A stretch of 64,000 bases of DNA, taken from the NCBI GenBank assembly GCA_048884965.1, contig JBHLQH010000004.1, positions 1 through 64,000 on the forward strand, written 5' to 3'. The notes under the pieces were generated by a model. That model ran no database searches. It was given only the letters and a program-made list of their open reading frames with translations, and was not told the DNA's origin. The DNA is from Candidatus Thorarchaeota archaeon (GTDB lineage Archaea > Asgardarchaeota > Thorarchaeia > Thorarchaeales > Thorarchaeaceae). Of the stretch, positions 42,326 through 52,665 are shown piece after piece (positions within the stretch are counted from its first letter, which is position 1; each line of letters opens with the position of its first letter). The position numbers were made by a program, and so were the translations under genes.

Positions 42326-43753
42326 ATGCGGAAATATGACATGCTGGTTTTAGGCTCAGGTGCTGGAGCAAATGTCGCATCTAACGCCTATCAACAAGGT
42401 CTTTCAGTTGCAATTGTTGATAATGGACGATTCGGTGGAACTTGTCTTAATCGAGGATGTATCCCAACGAAGATCCTTACGTATGTAGCGGATGTGATCA
42501 TGGAAATCAATCATGCCAAGAAAGTCAATCTTCATGCCAAAGTAGAAGGAGTTGATTTTAAGCCGCTCATGGAAAGAATGAGAAAAGAAACATGGGGAGA
42601 AGCGGCTGAGATGGAGGAATCAATCGCCCAGGTAGAGAACTATGATTTTTACAAGGGAACAGGAGAATTCACAAACGACTATACAATGGAGGTCAGCGGA
42701 GAACAACTGAAAGCTGACCATGTGATAATAGCAGCAGGTTCACGGCCATTGATTCCTAAGATTCAGGGATTGGATGATGTCGATTATCTTACTAACAAAA
42801 CGATTCTTTCGTTAGACGAGCAACCGGAATCTATGATCATCGTCGGAGGCGGGTATATCGCAACTGAATTTGCACATTTCTTCTCAGCAATTGGAACAGA
42901 AGTCACGATACTTGGTAGGAATCCATACCTTGTCAAGAATGAAGACAATGACGTATCAGAGCTGCTTCAAGAGGAACTATCGAAACGAATGCATGTGCTA
43001 ACAAATCACGAAGTTATCAAAGTGAGTCAAGATGGTGAATCCAAAAAGGTAACAGCAAAAGATAGAGCATCTGGTAAAGAACGCGATTTCCAAGCTGAAA
43101 CACTACTACTGGCTGCAGGGAGAGTATCGAATGCGGACCTCTTCAAACCTGAAAAAACAGGGGTCAAAGTTGACAAACAGGGATGGGTAACAGTTGACGA
43201 CTTCTTCAGAACATCCAAGAAGAACATCTGGGCTTTTGGTGATGCGATTGGTAGATATCAATTCAGGCATGTAGCAAATGAAGAGGCTGCAATAGCATGG
43301 TATAACTTCGTTAGCACCTTAAACTCGCAACACCATGGTGGAAAACCAGAATTACAGTCAATGTCATATCATGCTATTCCAAGAGCGGTCTTCTCGTATC
43401 CTCAGATCGCAACGGTGGGGATGACACTAACAGAAGCTAAGACTTCCAAGAGGAAATTACTAGTTGGCCAAATTGGATATGATGGTGCAGCTAAAGGCGC
43501 AGCCATGGGATATCCCTCAGGATTCCTTCGGGTCATTGCAGATGCGAATGATCGAACAATACTAGGAGCAACGATAGTAGGACCTGAAGCCCCAACCCTC
43601 ATTCAAGAGATTATCAATCTAATGTACACTGATGACAGAACCTTCAGTCCAATGTTCAATGCGATCCACATCCATCCTGCACTTCCAGAATTGGTACAGC
43701 GTGCGTTTGGAAGATTGGCACCTCTTAACATTGAACATCAACATCTTCAATGA
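42326..43753 (+). CDS. Pyridine nucleotide-disulfide oxidoreductase (dihydrolipoamide dehydrogenase / mycothione reductase-like)
   Basis: GGTCLNRGCIP, GGGYIATE, IWAFGD, HIHPALPE. Confidence 0.88.
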   Translation: MRKYDMLVLGSGAGANVASNAYQQGLSVAIVDNGRFGGTCLNRGCIPTKILTYVADVIMEINHAKKVNLHAKVEGVDFKPLMERMRKETWGEAAEMEESIAQVENYDFYKGTGEFTNDYTMEVSGEQLKADHVIIAAGSRPLIPKIQGLDDVDYLTNKTILSLDEQPESMIIVGGGYIATEFAHFFSAIGTEVTILGRNPYLVKNEDNDVSELLQEELSKRMHVLTNHEVIKVSQDGESKKVTAKDRASGKERDFQAETLLLAAGRVSNADLFKPEKTGVKVDKQGWVTVDDFFRTSKKNIWAFGDAIGRYQFRHVANEEAAIAWYNFVSTLNSQHHGGKPELQSMSYHAIPRAVFSYPQIATVGMTLTEAKTSKRKLLVGQIGYDGAAKGAAMGYPSGFLRVIADANDRTILGATIVGPEAPTLIQEIINLMYTDDRTFSPMFNAIHIHPALPELVQRAFGRLAPLNIEHQHLQ

Positions 43754-43857
43754 GTTAGGAGTAGAAGAATCAATTAATTATATATGGATGGAGTCCCCTA
43801 CCTATACTCCGTATCGAGTATAGCAAGAAAGCTGAACCTGAACGGAAGGGATTCCAG

Positions 43858-44757
43858 ATGGATCTAATAAACAAGCGAATCCTAATTCTACTGGATAATA
43901 ATTGCAGGATGAGTTATAGAACCATCGCAGATATGATGGGTATGACAGCGAACGCGGTCAAGAAAAGAATAGAAGCAATGGTAGAGAATGGAACTATCGT
44001 CAAGTTCAATCTCATGCCAACGCAAGCAATGTCAGGTCTCTCGTTCTTCTTTGGCATAATAGAAACCCATGGTAATGAAGATACGGAGAAGTTCATGAAC
44101 CAAGTAGGAAGTACCTCTATCGTAGCTCATGTGAGTCAGCTAGCTTATGGTGAAGGCGGAGGCTATGCAATCTATGGACAATATCAACATGCAAAATCCC
44201 TTGCAGATTCCCTGGGCGAGATCAGAAGGATGGACTGTGTCCAAGATATTGAGTTCCATAATGCCCTTACCTTTGAGGGCACCAAGATATCTCTAACAGG
44301 CCCTCAGAAGAAATTACTGCGTGCCATTGTTGACGATCCACGAATGACAATCTCTGATATAGCAGATGAGACCAATCTGAGTGCACGTAGAGTTCGACGT
44401 GAGCTTGATTTCCTTATCGAGTCAAGAGCATTCCATTTTGGATTGAGATGGAATCTAGCTACAGAGAAACGTTCACAGATTCTTGTCTATACTCAGTATT
44501 CGAAGGAATTCAACGTGCAGGAATTCGTTGAATGGGTGTATGATCGTTTCGAGCTCGAAGCTTGGGCGGTCACGCCTTCAGCGATGGAACCAATCCTCGC
44601 AACACCCTTTGTTACAGACTCACTAGGCAAGATACCTGAGATAATTCGTGAGCTCAGAGAGTATAACGGGATTGAGAATATCAGACATTATGTCGTTTAC
44701 ACGACACGGAAGTTCCCGTGGCCTGCAGAGCGTATGATGAATGAATTGATTGCTTAG
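43858..44757 (+). CDS. Double-domain Lrp/AsnC transcriptional regulator
   Basis: Two AsnC HTHs: NCRMSYRTIAD.MGMTANAVKKRI and DPRMTISDIADETNLSARRVRREL. Confidence 0.88.
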   Translation: MDLINKRILILLDNNCRMSYRTIADMMGMTANAVKKRIEAMVENGTIVKFNLMPTQAMSGLSFFFGIIETHGNEDTEKFMNQVGSTSIVAHVSQLAYGEGGGYAIYGQYQHAKSLADSLGEIRRMDCVQDIEFHNALTFEGTKISLTGPQKKLLRAIVDDPRMTISDIADETNLSARRVRRELDFLIESRAFHFGLRWNLATEKRSQILVYTQYSKEFNVQEFVEWVYDRFELEAWAVTPSAMEPILATPFVTDSLGKIPEIIRELREYNGIENIRHYVVYTTRKFPWPAERMMNELIA

Positions 44758-44849
44758 GCCAGAATTTGATTAACCCCCTACAAGAGATATCCACAAGACA
44801 ATATAGGCGGTTTGCATGAGGCTCTCTAGTCGTTCGAATCCGTGGTTGG

Positions 44850-45728
44850 GTGAAGAAGATGTGTGAGTGGTGCTTCAAGCATGGCGCAGGAAAGAAGTGG
44901 TATCTCAACTCCCAGAACTATCTAAGAGAAACAGCAGAGCAGGTTGGGGCAGAGGAGTATATCTTCGAACTGTGGAAGCAATTCGAAAAGGTCTATCTCC
45001 AAAAGATATACGGAATATCTACAAGAGGACCGGGCTACAAATTCGACATGCCAATTGTAGGAAGACTTATGCATCGCTACATTAACTCATGGTTCAAGAA
45101 AGAGAAACCGGTGAAGGGACGGAATCCACGACGAGCAGAGGGACATCCCGGACAGATTGTAATCTTGGAGGACGCAAAGAAAATCCTCGAGATCGCAGAT
45201 CCTATCATTCGAGTGAATTGTGCATGTCGACATATGACCAGAGGAATAAAGGATCCTTGTTGCATGGCATTTGGCGCATTGGCTGAATCGGTTCCCAAGC
45301 TTCCAAGATATGTACCAGACAGGGGAGTAGAGCCGCTGCATGTAGATGAGGCACAAGAATTCGCAACACAAATGCAAGAAGCAGGACGAGTGAATACTGT
45401 CTGGATGGGTCCAAGCCCTTACATTGCTGCTCTATGTAGCTGCGAGCTACCAGAATGCGTCGCGACAAAGCTAAGGACCACCTATGACTTGAATGCATTA
45501 TACAAAGGTGAGTATGTAGCGAAGGTGGACTTCTCGAAATGTGATGGTTGCGAAACTTGCGCATCCCGATGTCAATTTGGAGCTTTGGCATTTTCTGATT
45601 CCATGAACAGACCATTCATTGACCAATGGAAATGCTATGGTTGCGGTCTGTGTCAGGTTAGCTGTCCGAGGGGAGCTATCTCCATGGAGGATAGGAACAA
45701 TCTAGATATCTTCAAGGAGGTCTGGTAG
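44850..45728 (+). CDS. 4Fe-4S dicluster protein with Cys-rich N-terminal domain
   Basis: MCEWC.KHG, CACR, LCSC...C, CDGCETC...CQ, CYGCGLC...CP. Confidence 0.85.
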   Translation: MKKMCEWCFKHGAGKKWYLNSQNYLRETAEQVGAEEYIFELWKQFEKVYLQKIYGISTRGPGYKFDMPIVGRLMHRYINSWFKKEKPVKGRNPRRAEGHPGQIVILEDAKKILEIADPIIRVNCACRHMTRGIKDPCCMAFGALAESVPKLPRYVPDRGVEPLHVDEAQEFATQMQEAGRVNTVWMGPSPYIAALCSCELPECVATKLRTTYDLNALYKGEYVAKVDFSKCDGCETCASRCQFGALAFSDSMNRPFIDQWKCYGCGLCQVSCPRGAISMEDRNNLDIFKEVW

Positions 45729-45729
45729 T

Positions 45730-45951
45730 ATGAAGACGGACATCGTCGTAGATTATGCAAAGTGCGGGGATCCAAGGGAGTGTAAGAAGTGTCTGCAGAT
45801 ATGTCCCCCAGCCCTATTCATGATGTACTCACCTGACTACGAATCCAATAATCCAACAGAGTGGCGAGTAGATGTTGCATTCACTGATCAATGCACAAGA
45901 TGTGGAGACTGTGTGTCTGTGTGTCCAAATGATGCAATTAAGCTGAAGTGA
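45730..45951 (+). CDS. Ferredoxin (2x[4Fe-4S])
   Basis: CGDPRECKKCLQICP and CTRCGDCVSVCP. Confidence 0.85.
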   Translation: MKTDIVVDYAKCGDPRECKKCLQICPPALFMMYSPDYESNNPTEWRVDVAFTDQCTRCGDCVSVCPNDAIKLK

Positions 45952-46125
45952 CTCTAACACATCTTCACCTTCATCTAGAGCTCATATGCTCCTCAAAGCT
46001 CTAGCTAGACTATCTGATTCGACTTTTGCCTTGATGTCAATTTCCTCTGATTCTGCCATCTTCAGCACATCTAATTACTAATGAAGTAAGTCACTGAATG
46101 TAACAGCACTGAAGAATGATGAAGC

Positions 46126-46692
46126 TCATTTCGAGCCAAATTTCTGTTTGACGAAAAAGTAGCTACGGTATTCAGGGAACTTCCCAAAGTTCCTACGATC
46201 CAACGTAGCGACCTTTGTGTATCCTTGCCTTTCATGAAATTTTTCTGATGCAATATTCCTTATTGGCTTGTTTGCAGTAAATGCTACAAGGTGAACATTC
46301 AGGTATCTTTCGAGCTCCTGATAGAGGAATGATGCGACCCCCTGATGCTGAAATCCTTTTCGAACAGCTAGTTGCTTCACATAGGCATAGTCTTCGGAAA
46401 GAATTGCTTTGCATAATCCTTCTATCTTCACAGAGTCCCATCGCAACGCATCTAACAGAGAGATTTCCAAGCCACGAACCACTTCAACATATGCTAGCAC
46501 CAAGCCATCAATGTTCATAGCTACAAAGAATGAAGATTGCATTGATCGAATTAAGAACGCAATGTCATCTGTGTCATGGGCTATAACTAAGAATCCACCT
46601 TCAGCCCCAGATTCAAGATGTTGCATATTTATCTCAGCTATTTGTGCAGCGTCCTCAATACTTGCTGATGAGAAGGTTAGGGATTTCATCAA
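46126..46692 (-). CDS. GNAT acetyltransferase
   Basis: QLAVRKGFQHQGVASFLY; NIASEKFHERQGY. Confidence 0.82.
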   Translation of the reverse strand: MMKSLTFSSASIEDAAQIAEINMQHLESGAEGGFLVIAHDTDDIAFLIRSMQSSFFVAMNIDGLVLAYVEVVRGLEISLLDALRWDSVKIEGLCKAILSEDYAYVKQLAVRKGFQHQGVASFLYQELERYLNVHLVAFTANKPIRNIASEKFHERQGYTKVATLDRRNFGKFPEYRSYFFVKQKFGSK

Positions 46693-46779
46693 TAGACGAG
46701 ATGATATGAATCATATTTAAGATAAACTGGACCCTGTCCAAAAAATCAGGATTTATCTGGCTTCAAGTCCAAAGTAGGT

Positions 46780-47484
46780 ATGGGGAAAAGAGTGCATGAT
46801 AAAAACGATGATGACACAGAGGACATGATAGGACAATCCACGATTACCGATAGCATAGTCAAGGTCAGGCACAAACAGGCAAGTGAGAAAGCAAAACGAA
46901 AGACAAGTTCCAAGAAACTCTATAAAATGATTAGTGAGGACCCTGATCATGAGGTCTATGGAGTTCCTCCGAATATCAGCTATTGGCAGATGATCAGCTT
47001 TATGGTTGTGATCAGTCTGATTGGTATGGCTGAAGTGTACTTGCTGATCATTGCCTTTGTTGGAGTGATGAATGATATCGCAGCTGCCATTCTACTTCTG
47101 GGTTCATTGATATTGATTATCGTTGTATCACTCCTATACGCAATTCTTGAAGGCTACCTCTTTGATAAACTGCTAGTGAATGAACTTGGAATTGGAAAGG
47201 AACTACGTGGAAGAACACTCAAAGGTCACCCATCAAGAGTATACGGACGCCGTGCCTTAGAATGGGAACACATTGATAGAATTGATATTGGTAGCAAGAA
47301 GAACACAATCACTGCAATCAGGATGAGAAGTGGAAATCGAGAGCTCCTCTTTTCTAGAAGATACTTCTGCAGAGAGATGACATTCAAGGATATTGAGAGA
47401 TATATCCCCGATTTCGAAACATGGAAAATGGAACGAACATCTGGGAACAAATATGATATCTCGTATATTAGACCGATAACATAA
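46780..47484 (+). CDS. Hypothetical 2-TM membrane protein (tandem paralog A)
   Basis: ISEDPDHEVYG, two TM segments, LEWEHIDRI. Confidence 0.65.
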   Translation: MGKRVHDKNDDDTEDMIGQSTITDSIVKVRHKQASEKAKRKTSSKKLYKMISEDPDHEVYGVPPNISYWQMISFMVVISLIGMAEVYLLIIAFVGVMNDIAAAILLLGSLILIIVVSLLYAILEGYLFDKLLVNELGIGKELRGRTLKGHPSRVYGRRALEWEHIDRIDIGSKKNTITAIRMRSGNRELLFSRRYFCREMTFKDIERYIPDFETWKMERTSGNKYDISYIRPIT

Positions 47485-47630
47485 ATCCTTGATATGCGTC
47501 AGATTATCATGAGAAGGAGGGAAAACAGATAGAATCAAACAACGAAGAGGTACAGGATACTACAAGGCATGGAGAGAAAGTAGTTGTACGCTTTTCAGAC
47601 ATCAATGTATCAACGAAGCCACTACCTGAA

Positions 47631-48179
47631 ATGGCTCCCAGGTTGAACTCCAAAGAAATCTATGCAATAATTTCGGGAGACCCTAATCATGAGGTGTTTG
47701 GTGATTCTAAACTGCCAAAAGGATTGCTAGCATCCTGTATCGCACTTGTTGTGGTTCCTCCAGTAATTCTGCTCTGTTATTCATTGAATTTCCCAGATCT
47801 AGTAGATATGTTTCTTCTGAGTCCATTGATGATGATATCAGTTCTACTTGATATACTGATCATCTTGCCAATTAGTATGTGCCACCCTAGTGGTCGCTCG
47901 AAGATAATAATAAACAATAGAGGAGTTGGACAGGTTCAATTCCAGAATCGGGTCTTAGCCTTTGAATGGAAGCATATTGATAGGATTTCAATTAGATGGA
48001 GCGATGGCGATATCGATAAGCTTTGGTTCGCGAGAGGTTCTCGATATATCAGAACAGGAAGAGGACAATACTGTAGGAATTTTACACTGAGGGACCTCAA
48101 GAGATTTATCGTAGACTTTGATTCATGGCCATCTAAGGGGAAGAATATGACTTATCATACGAATCCTCATTATCAATAA
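47631..48179 (+). CDS. Hypothetical 2-TM membrane protein (tandem paralog B)
   Basis: ISGDPNHEVFG, two TM segments, FEWKHIDRI. Confidence 0.65.
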   Translation: MAPRLNSKEIYAIISGDPNHEVFGDSKLPKGLLASCIALVVVPPVILLCYSLNFPDLVDMFLLSPLMMISVLLDILIILPISMCHPSGRSKIIINNRGVGQVQFQNRVLAFEWKHIDRISIRWSDGDIDKLWFARGSRYIRTGRGQYCRNFTLRDLKRFIVDFDSWPSKGKNMTYHTNPHYQ

Positions 48180-48198
48180 GTGAAAATACAGGTTGTAG

Positions 48199-49200
48199 AT
48201 GACTATGGTTCATTGCTTTGTTACTGGAGGAAATGGTTTCGTAGGATCACACATTGTACGAGAACTCGAGAAGCGAGGACATGACATCACCCTACTTCTC
48301 CGGAAATCTTCGAATCTCGATCTCATTAGTGGAGTGTCCTTCAAAACAGTCACAGGAGATGTCACTGATTTCAGCAGTCTCATTTCTGGAATTCCAAATG
48401 ACACGGAATGGCTCTTCCATAATGCCGCCATCATGGCTGATTGGGGAGGCAAGCAACATTTCTTCCCAGTGAATGTGGAAGGCACACGAAACATCCTTGA
48501 AGTTGTTAGGAAGAAGGACATCCCATGTCTAATCCATACGTCTTCTACAGCAGTCTATGGATTTCCAAACAAGGTCGAGCCAATGGTTGAGGATGATGAG
48601 TGGAAACCCATGAACACATATCAGAAATCGAAGGCAGAGGCTGAGAAACTGATTCTTGAATATACAGAAACCTATGGTGTCAAAGTAACACGAGTCCGAC
48701 CTCCTACGGTAGTAGGAAAAGGAGATCTCTTCACAGGCCCTCAGATTATTGAAAGAATCAAGAACGAATCGATGGTGACTTTTGGAGGAGGTAACAACCT
48801 CCAGAGCTTTGCTCACGGAGAGGATGTTGGTAGTTGTATTGTCCTTGCGGCAGAGCATTTTGAAAAGTCAGCGGGCAATGCCTACAATGTCTGTTCGTTC
48901 ACATCAACCATGAGAGAGTTCATCGAGGGTATAGCGGATGAGGTGAATGCGAAGAAGAAGTTCCAGAATTTCCCGTACACAATGGCATTGGGACTTGGTA
49001 GGATGGCTGGTGGATTGTATCGAGCTTTCAATCGGAAGAAAGCACCTCCAATCACAGCATTTGTAGTCAAACTCTTCGGAAGCAATTATGTTGTGAGTGC
49101 TCAAAAGGCAATCCATGAGCTCGGATTCAGACCAAAATGGGATTTGGAATCTACTGTGAAGGATATGGTCGCTTGGGGAGGGTATGTTAAGCCTCGGTGA
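48199..49200 (+). CDS. Extended SDR, NAD-dependent epimerase/dehydratase (3-beta-HSD-like)
   Basis: TGGNGFVG, HNAA, NVEGT, TSS, YQKSK. Confidence 0.9.
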   Translation: MTMVHCFVTGGNGFVGSHIVRELEKRGHDITLLLRKSSNLDLISGVSFKTVTGDVTDFSSLISGIPNDTEWLFHNAAIMADWGGKQHFFPVNVEGTRNILEVVRKKDIPCLIHTSSTAVYGFPNKVEPMVEDDEWKPMNTYQKSKAEAEKLILEYTETYGVKVTRVRPPTVVGKGDLFTGPQIIERIKNESMVTFGGGNNLQSFAHGEDVGSCIVLAAEHFEKSAGNAYNVCSFTSTMREFIEGIADEVNAKKKFQNFPYTMALGLGRMAGGLYRAFNRKKAPPITAFVVKLFGSNYVVSAQKAIHELGFRPKWDLESTVKDMVAWGGYVKPR

Positions 49201-49245
49201 AATGGGACTGGATAGAAGGAGAGAAAAGAACGATTGGATTTCTGA

Positions 49246-50121
49246 TTGTATCGAATCCCTATGAAGATCTACAAGCCCTATGATCAAGAAGCTTTATCAA
49301 TTCTAGAAGGTATATCGTCAAAAGTACGAAACCTTCAACAAGACGAAATCCCATTCTTCACTCTAGCCAAGAACGATGTTCCAAAAGGAATTCTTGCAAT
49401 ACAACAAGAGCCGTGCTACTTTGTTGCTGAAGCGGGGTCAACTCTGGGAGAGATTGCCTGTTTTAACGTGAACGTACAGGAATTCCAGGATATCATCCGT
49501 ACCTCAATCGATTTGATGAAGCAAGAAGATTTCGTCTACCTTATTCATTTTGGCGGTGACTTATCTGAGGAAGAACAAGATGTGCTAAAGGCGAATAAGT
49601 TCAGACTTAATGACCACTATTATATGATGGGAATCGAAGTGAGTGATTTCTATGACATCCCTCAAGGACTTCTCCTTAAACCTATCACCATTGAGGGGCG
49701 TAGTCAATTCCTTGATGTAGAGAAGGAATACTATGAGGGTACTGGAGATTCTTCAACGGAGTCTATGATGGACATGATTAGGAATATGCCATCAAGCGAT
49801 TTGGATGCGATTTATAATGAGGACACATCCTATTACGTGATGGATGGAGAATCCATCATTGCAATCGTAGTCATTTTCATAGATAGGGGAGGAATTGCAT
49901 CCATTGCTGTTCGACCAGATTTGAGGAGGAAAGGTTACGGACGCAGGGTTCTGCATATGGCAATGAACAGACTCAAAGAGTTTGGATGGAGCAAGATCAT
50001 GTTGAGGGTTCACGCAGATAACGAAGCTGCATTGAAACTGTACAAGAGAACTGGATTTGAGATACTCGTTGAAAGGAAGGCCTATGTCGCGTTCTCGAGA
50101 GATATGGATGAGCGTCTATGA
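49246..50121 (+). CDS. GNAT acetyltransferase (two-domain)
   Basis: IAVRPDLRRKGYG; LRVHADNEAALKLYKRTGF. Confidence 0.85.
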   Translation: MYRIPMKIYKPYDQEALSILEGISSKVRNLQQDEIPFFTLAKNDVPKGILAIQQEPCYFVAEAGSTLGEIACFNVNVQEFQDIIRTSIDLMKQEDFVYLIHFGGDLSEEEQDVLKANKFRLNDHYYMMGIEVSDFYDIPQGLLLKPITIEGRSQFLDVEKEYYEGTGDSSTESMMDMIRNMPSSDLDAIYNEDTSYYVMDGESIIAIVVIFIDRGGIASIAVRPDLRRKGYGRRVLHMAMNRLKEFGWSKIMLRVHADNEAALKLYKRTGFEILVERKAYVAFSRDMDERL

Positions 50122-51249
50122 TAGCCTGTCTACCAATTCAGCAATATCTAGAACCTTCATCTTCGAGAACTCAGAAGCATCACGTAGGTTTCGTACACAG
50201 AATGGGCATCCCGTAACAATTGCTGATGCTCCCACATCCTGTGCCTGCGCGATTCTACTCGTGGCAGTTTCCAAGCTCCAGTCAGCATAGGCAGACTTGC
50301 ATCCTCCGCCTGCTCCACAACACCACGCATTCTCACGAGAAGTTTCCATCTCAAGGAGTGGAACTCTCATTTTTTCCAAGACATTTCGAGGTGAATCGTA
50401 AACATCCATATGCCGCCCCAAGTGGCAGGGGTCATGCCATGTGTATGGCACAATATTCAAGGAATCCTTGATGTGAAGCGAACCTTGATCGATGAGATGT
50501 TCGATGAACTCTGTGATGTGCAGGATGTCGAATTCATATCGGACACCCATTCTTGGGTAATCTCGTTTCAATGTCCTATAGCATCCAGAGCAGGAAGTGA
50601 CCACTGTCCGAGCCCCCGCTTGAGATACCTGGTCTGAATTATATTGAGCTATCTGAGAGGTTCCCTCAAGCTGTCCAGTTCGTAGGAGAGGAGATGTACA
50701 ACAATACTCATCAATAATTGTAAACTCGACACCAGCTTTCTTTAGAATGGAGATAGTTGCATCCCGAATGCTTGTTTCACGATAATTGGACGTGCAGCCT
50801 ATGAAGTAAACGACTTCTGCTTTGTCTGGCAATCCATGGAGATCCTTCAGAGACCGAGCATGATGCTCAACACCGTAGGGATTGTGATGTTGAGCAATAT
50901 TCTCACTAAACTTCATGTGAGATGGCAAAGCTCCGAGATTCGCAACTGCGCTCGCCCGAAGTTCTTCAATGATATCAACGATGTGTTCATGATGAGGAGC
51001 AAGACACTGTACCTCGCAATTCCCACAAGTTGTACATGCGAAGATTGGATCAAGTAAATCTTCATTCCATTCTAGCTCACCCATAGACAGTCCTTGTGCT
51101 AATCGTATCCTTCCAGATGCAAAATAGGTCTCAAATTGGAAATGTGAGCCAGATGGACATGAATCAATATAGTCCTTGAAGACATATTTGCAATTGCCGC
51201 AACGCATGCACCGATGATTCCATTCTTCAATGATCGTCACAGGTCCCAC
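50116..51249 (-). CDS. HdrD/GlpC-like Fe-S oxidoreductase with CCG domains
   Basis: CMRCGNC..CP, CTTCGNCEVQC, FIGC, YCCT, SCSGC, HDPCHLGR, CCGAGGG, GCPFC. Confidence 0.9.
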   Translation of the reverse strand: MGPVTIIEEWNHRCMRCGNCKYVFKDYIDSCPSGSHFQFETYFASGRIRLAQGLSMGELEWNEDLLDPIFACTTCGNCEVQCLAPHHEHIVDIIEELRASAVANLGALPSHMKFSENIAQHHNPYGVEHHARSLKDLHGLPDKAEVVYFIGCTSNYRETSIRDATISILKKAGVEFTIIDEYCCTSPLLRTGQLEGTSQIAQYNSDQVSQAGARTVVTSCSGCYRTLKRDYPRMGVRYEFDILHITEFIEHLIDQGSLHIKDSLNIVPYTWHDPCHLGRHMDVYDSPRNVLEKMRVPLLEMETSRENAWCCGAGGGCKSAYADWSLETATSRIAQAQDVGASAIVTGCPFCVRNLRDASEFSKMKVLDIAELVDRLS

Positions 51250-52661
51250 CTCCCAGGATTAAAGATACCATTAGGATCTAGACTGTCCTTAATCTTCTTC
51301 ATGAGTTCTAGGAATCCTGGATGTATCTTCTTCTTGAGAATGTCGAATGCCCATGCTGGAGTCTTGTATGGAATGGCTCCAAGATCAATCGCGAAAGTTA
51401 GCAGGTCTCGATTGCATTGCCGAACGCGTTCAATAGTTCTTGCGTCCTTTTGAAATCTAATAATGAACTTGAACTCGCCAAAATGCATTCCATTCATTGG
51501 CTTCAGAAAAGCCATTAGCTCAAATCCATGTTTCTCAACAATCTTCCGCCCGCCCTCTAGAGCAGTAGCCCAGTTCTTCGGATGAATGTAGGTACCTGCC
51601 CAGGTCAATCCATCAAATTCAGCAAGGATTTTGAATGCATCAGAGGGAAAATCTACCCAAGCGTTCGCTTGATCTCCCATCATCTTCGAGATTGCGTCCC
51701 ATCTCACGAGCAGATGTCGTGATTCTTTCATCTTTGCGTCATCTATTACTCCTGTGAGTAGCCGTATCTTCTCATCAACCTCGAGCTGAGAATTTCCAGA
51801 GATACTTATCAGAGTTCCATAGTCAGGTTCTCCTTCAAACACCTCAACTGGGTATCTAACACCAAGCAGCATCTTCACCATGGAAAGGGACATGCAATCT
51901 GCATCGTCGACAAGATCCAACCGAGTTATCTTGGTTAGAAGATCAGTTGTATTCCGCTCACCAAAAGTGAATATTGCAGCATACTCTACAAATGGAGGTC
52001 TTGGCCAGAGCTGGAGCGCGATCTTTGTGACGATACCAGTCATCCCCTGCCAACCTGAGAATAGACCTACTAAGTCAGGGAGGGGATAACGTCCAAACCA
52101 GTTACCATCTCCAAGAATGCCACTTCCAGCACGAATCAATGTCCCTGTGGGAAGGACTGCCTCAAGTCCATTTACAAAATCAGCCATTGCTCCATGCACA
52201 GTTGATAGATCACAGAGCCCTTGCAGGAGTGCATTTGCCATCACTGATGTATAGGGAGGAGCCAAGGGGAAAGTATATCGTAACTCAGGAGCGTGCTCAT
52301 CCAAGAATCTTCGAAGATGACCAAAGGTCACACCAGGTTCAACGACAACGTACATGGCATTGTGATCGAGCTCTATAACCCGATTCATTCTCTTTAGGTC
52401 TACAATAACAGCTCCGTCTACTTGAGGTATTGTTAACCCGCCGACATTCTGACCCGATACAAATGGTATCAATGGAGTTCGGGTTTCATTCGCGAGTCTA
52501 ACGATCGCTTGTATTTCCTCAACAGATTCTGGCATGACAACCAAGCGAGGTTTTCGAGGTTCATTCTCCGTCATATCCATAGAATAAACAAATTGCTCTC
52601 CACTTCCTGATGCAACATGGCGGTCTCCCAGAATATCTCGAAAACGTGCCTCAAGATCCAT
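51237..52661 (-). CDS. FAD-binding oxidoreductase (FAD_binding_4; VAO/PCMH/GlcD superfamily)
   Basis: P.LVVMPES, VDLKRMNRV, VEPGVTF, GLEAVLPTG, GIVTK, DPNGIFNPG. Confidence 0.9.
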   Translation of the reverse strand: MDLEARFRDILGDRHVASGSGEQFVYSMDMTENEPRKPRLVVMPESVEEIQAIVRLANETRTPLIPFVSGQNVGGLTIPQVDGAVIVDLKRMNRVIELDHNAMYVVVEPGVTFGHLRRFLDEHAPELRYTFPLAPPYTSVMANALLQGLCDLSTVHGAMADFVNGLEAVLPTGTLIRAGSGILGDGNWFGRYPLPDLVGLFSGWQGMTGIVTKIALQLWPRPPFVEYAAIFTFGERNTTDLLTKITRLDLVDDADCMSLSMVKMLLGVRYPVEVFEGEPDYGTLISISGNSQLEVDEKIRLLTGVIDDAKMKESRHLLVRWDAISKMMGDQANAWVDFPSDAFKILAEFDGLTWAGTYIHPKNWATALEGGRKIVEKHGFELMAFLKPMNGMHFGEFKFIIRFQKDARTIERVRQCNRDLLTFAIDLGAIPYKTPAWAFDILKKKIHPGFLELMKKIKDSLDPNGIFNPGRWDL

Positions 52662-52665
52662 TCAA

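Noticed and set aside
42169-42342. Hydrophobic N-terminal extension of the GTPase
   Set aside because: It overlaps the divergent promoter and the next gene; the TTG at 42168 gives a typical ~170-aa GTPase.
44800-44850. GTTCGAATCC T-loop-like motif suggesting a tRNA
   Set aside because: No acceptor, D or anticodon stems can be formed.
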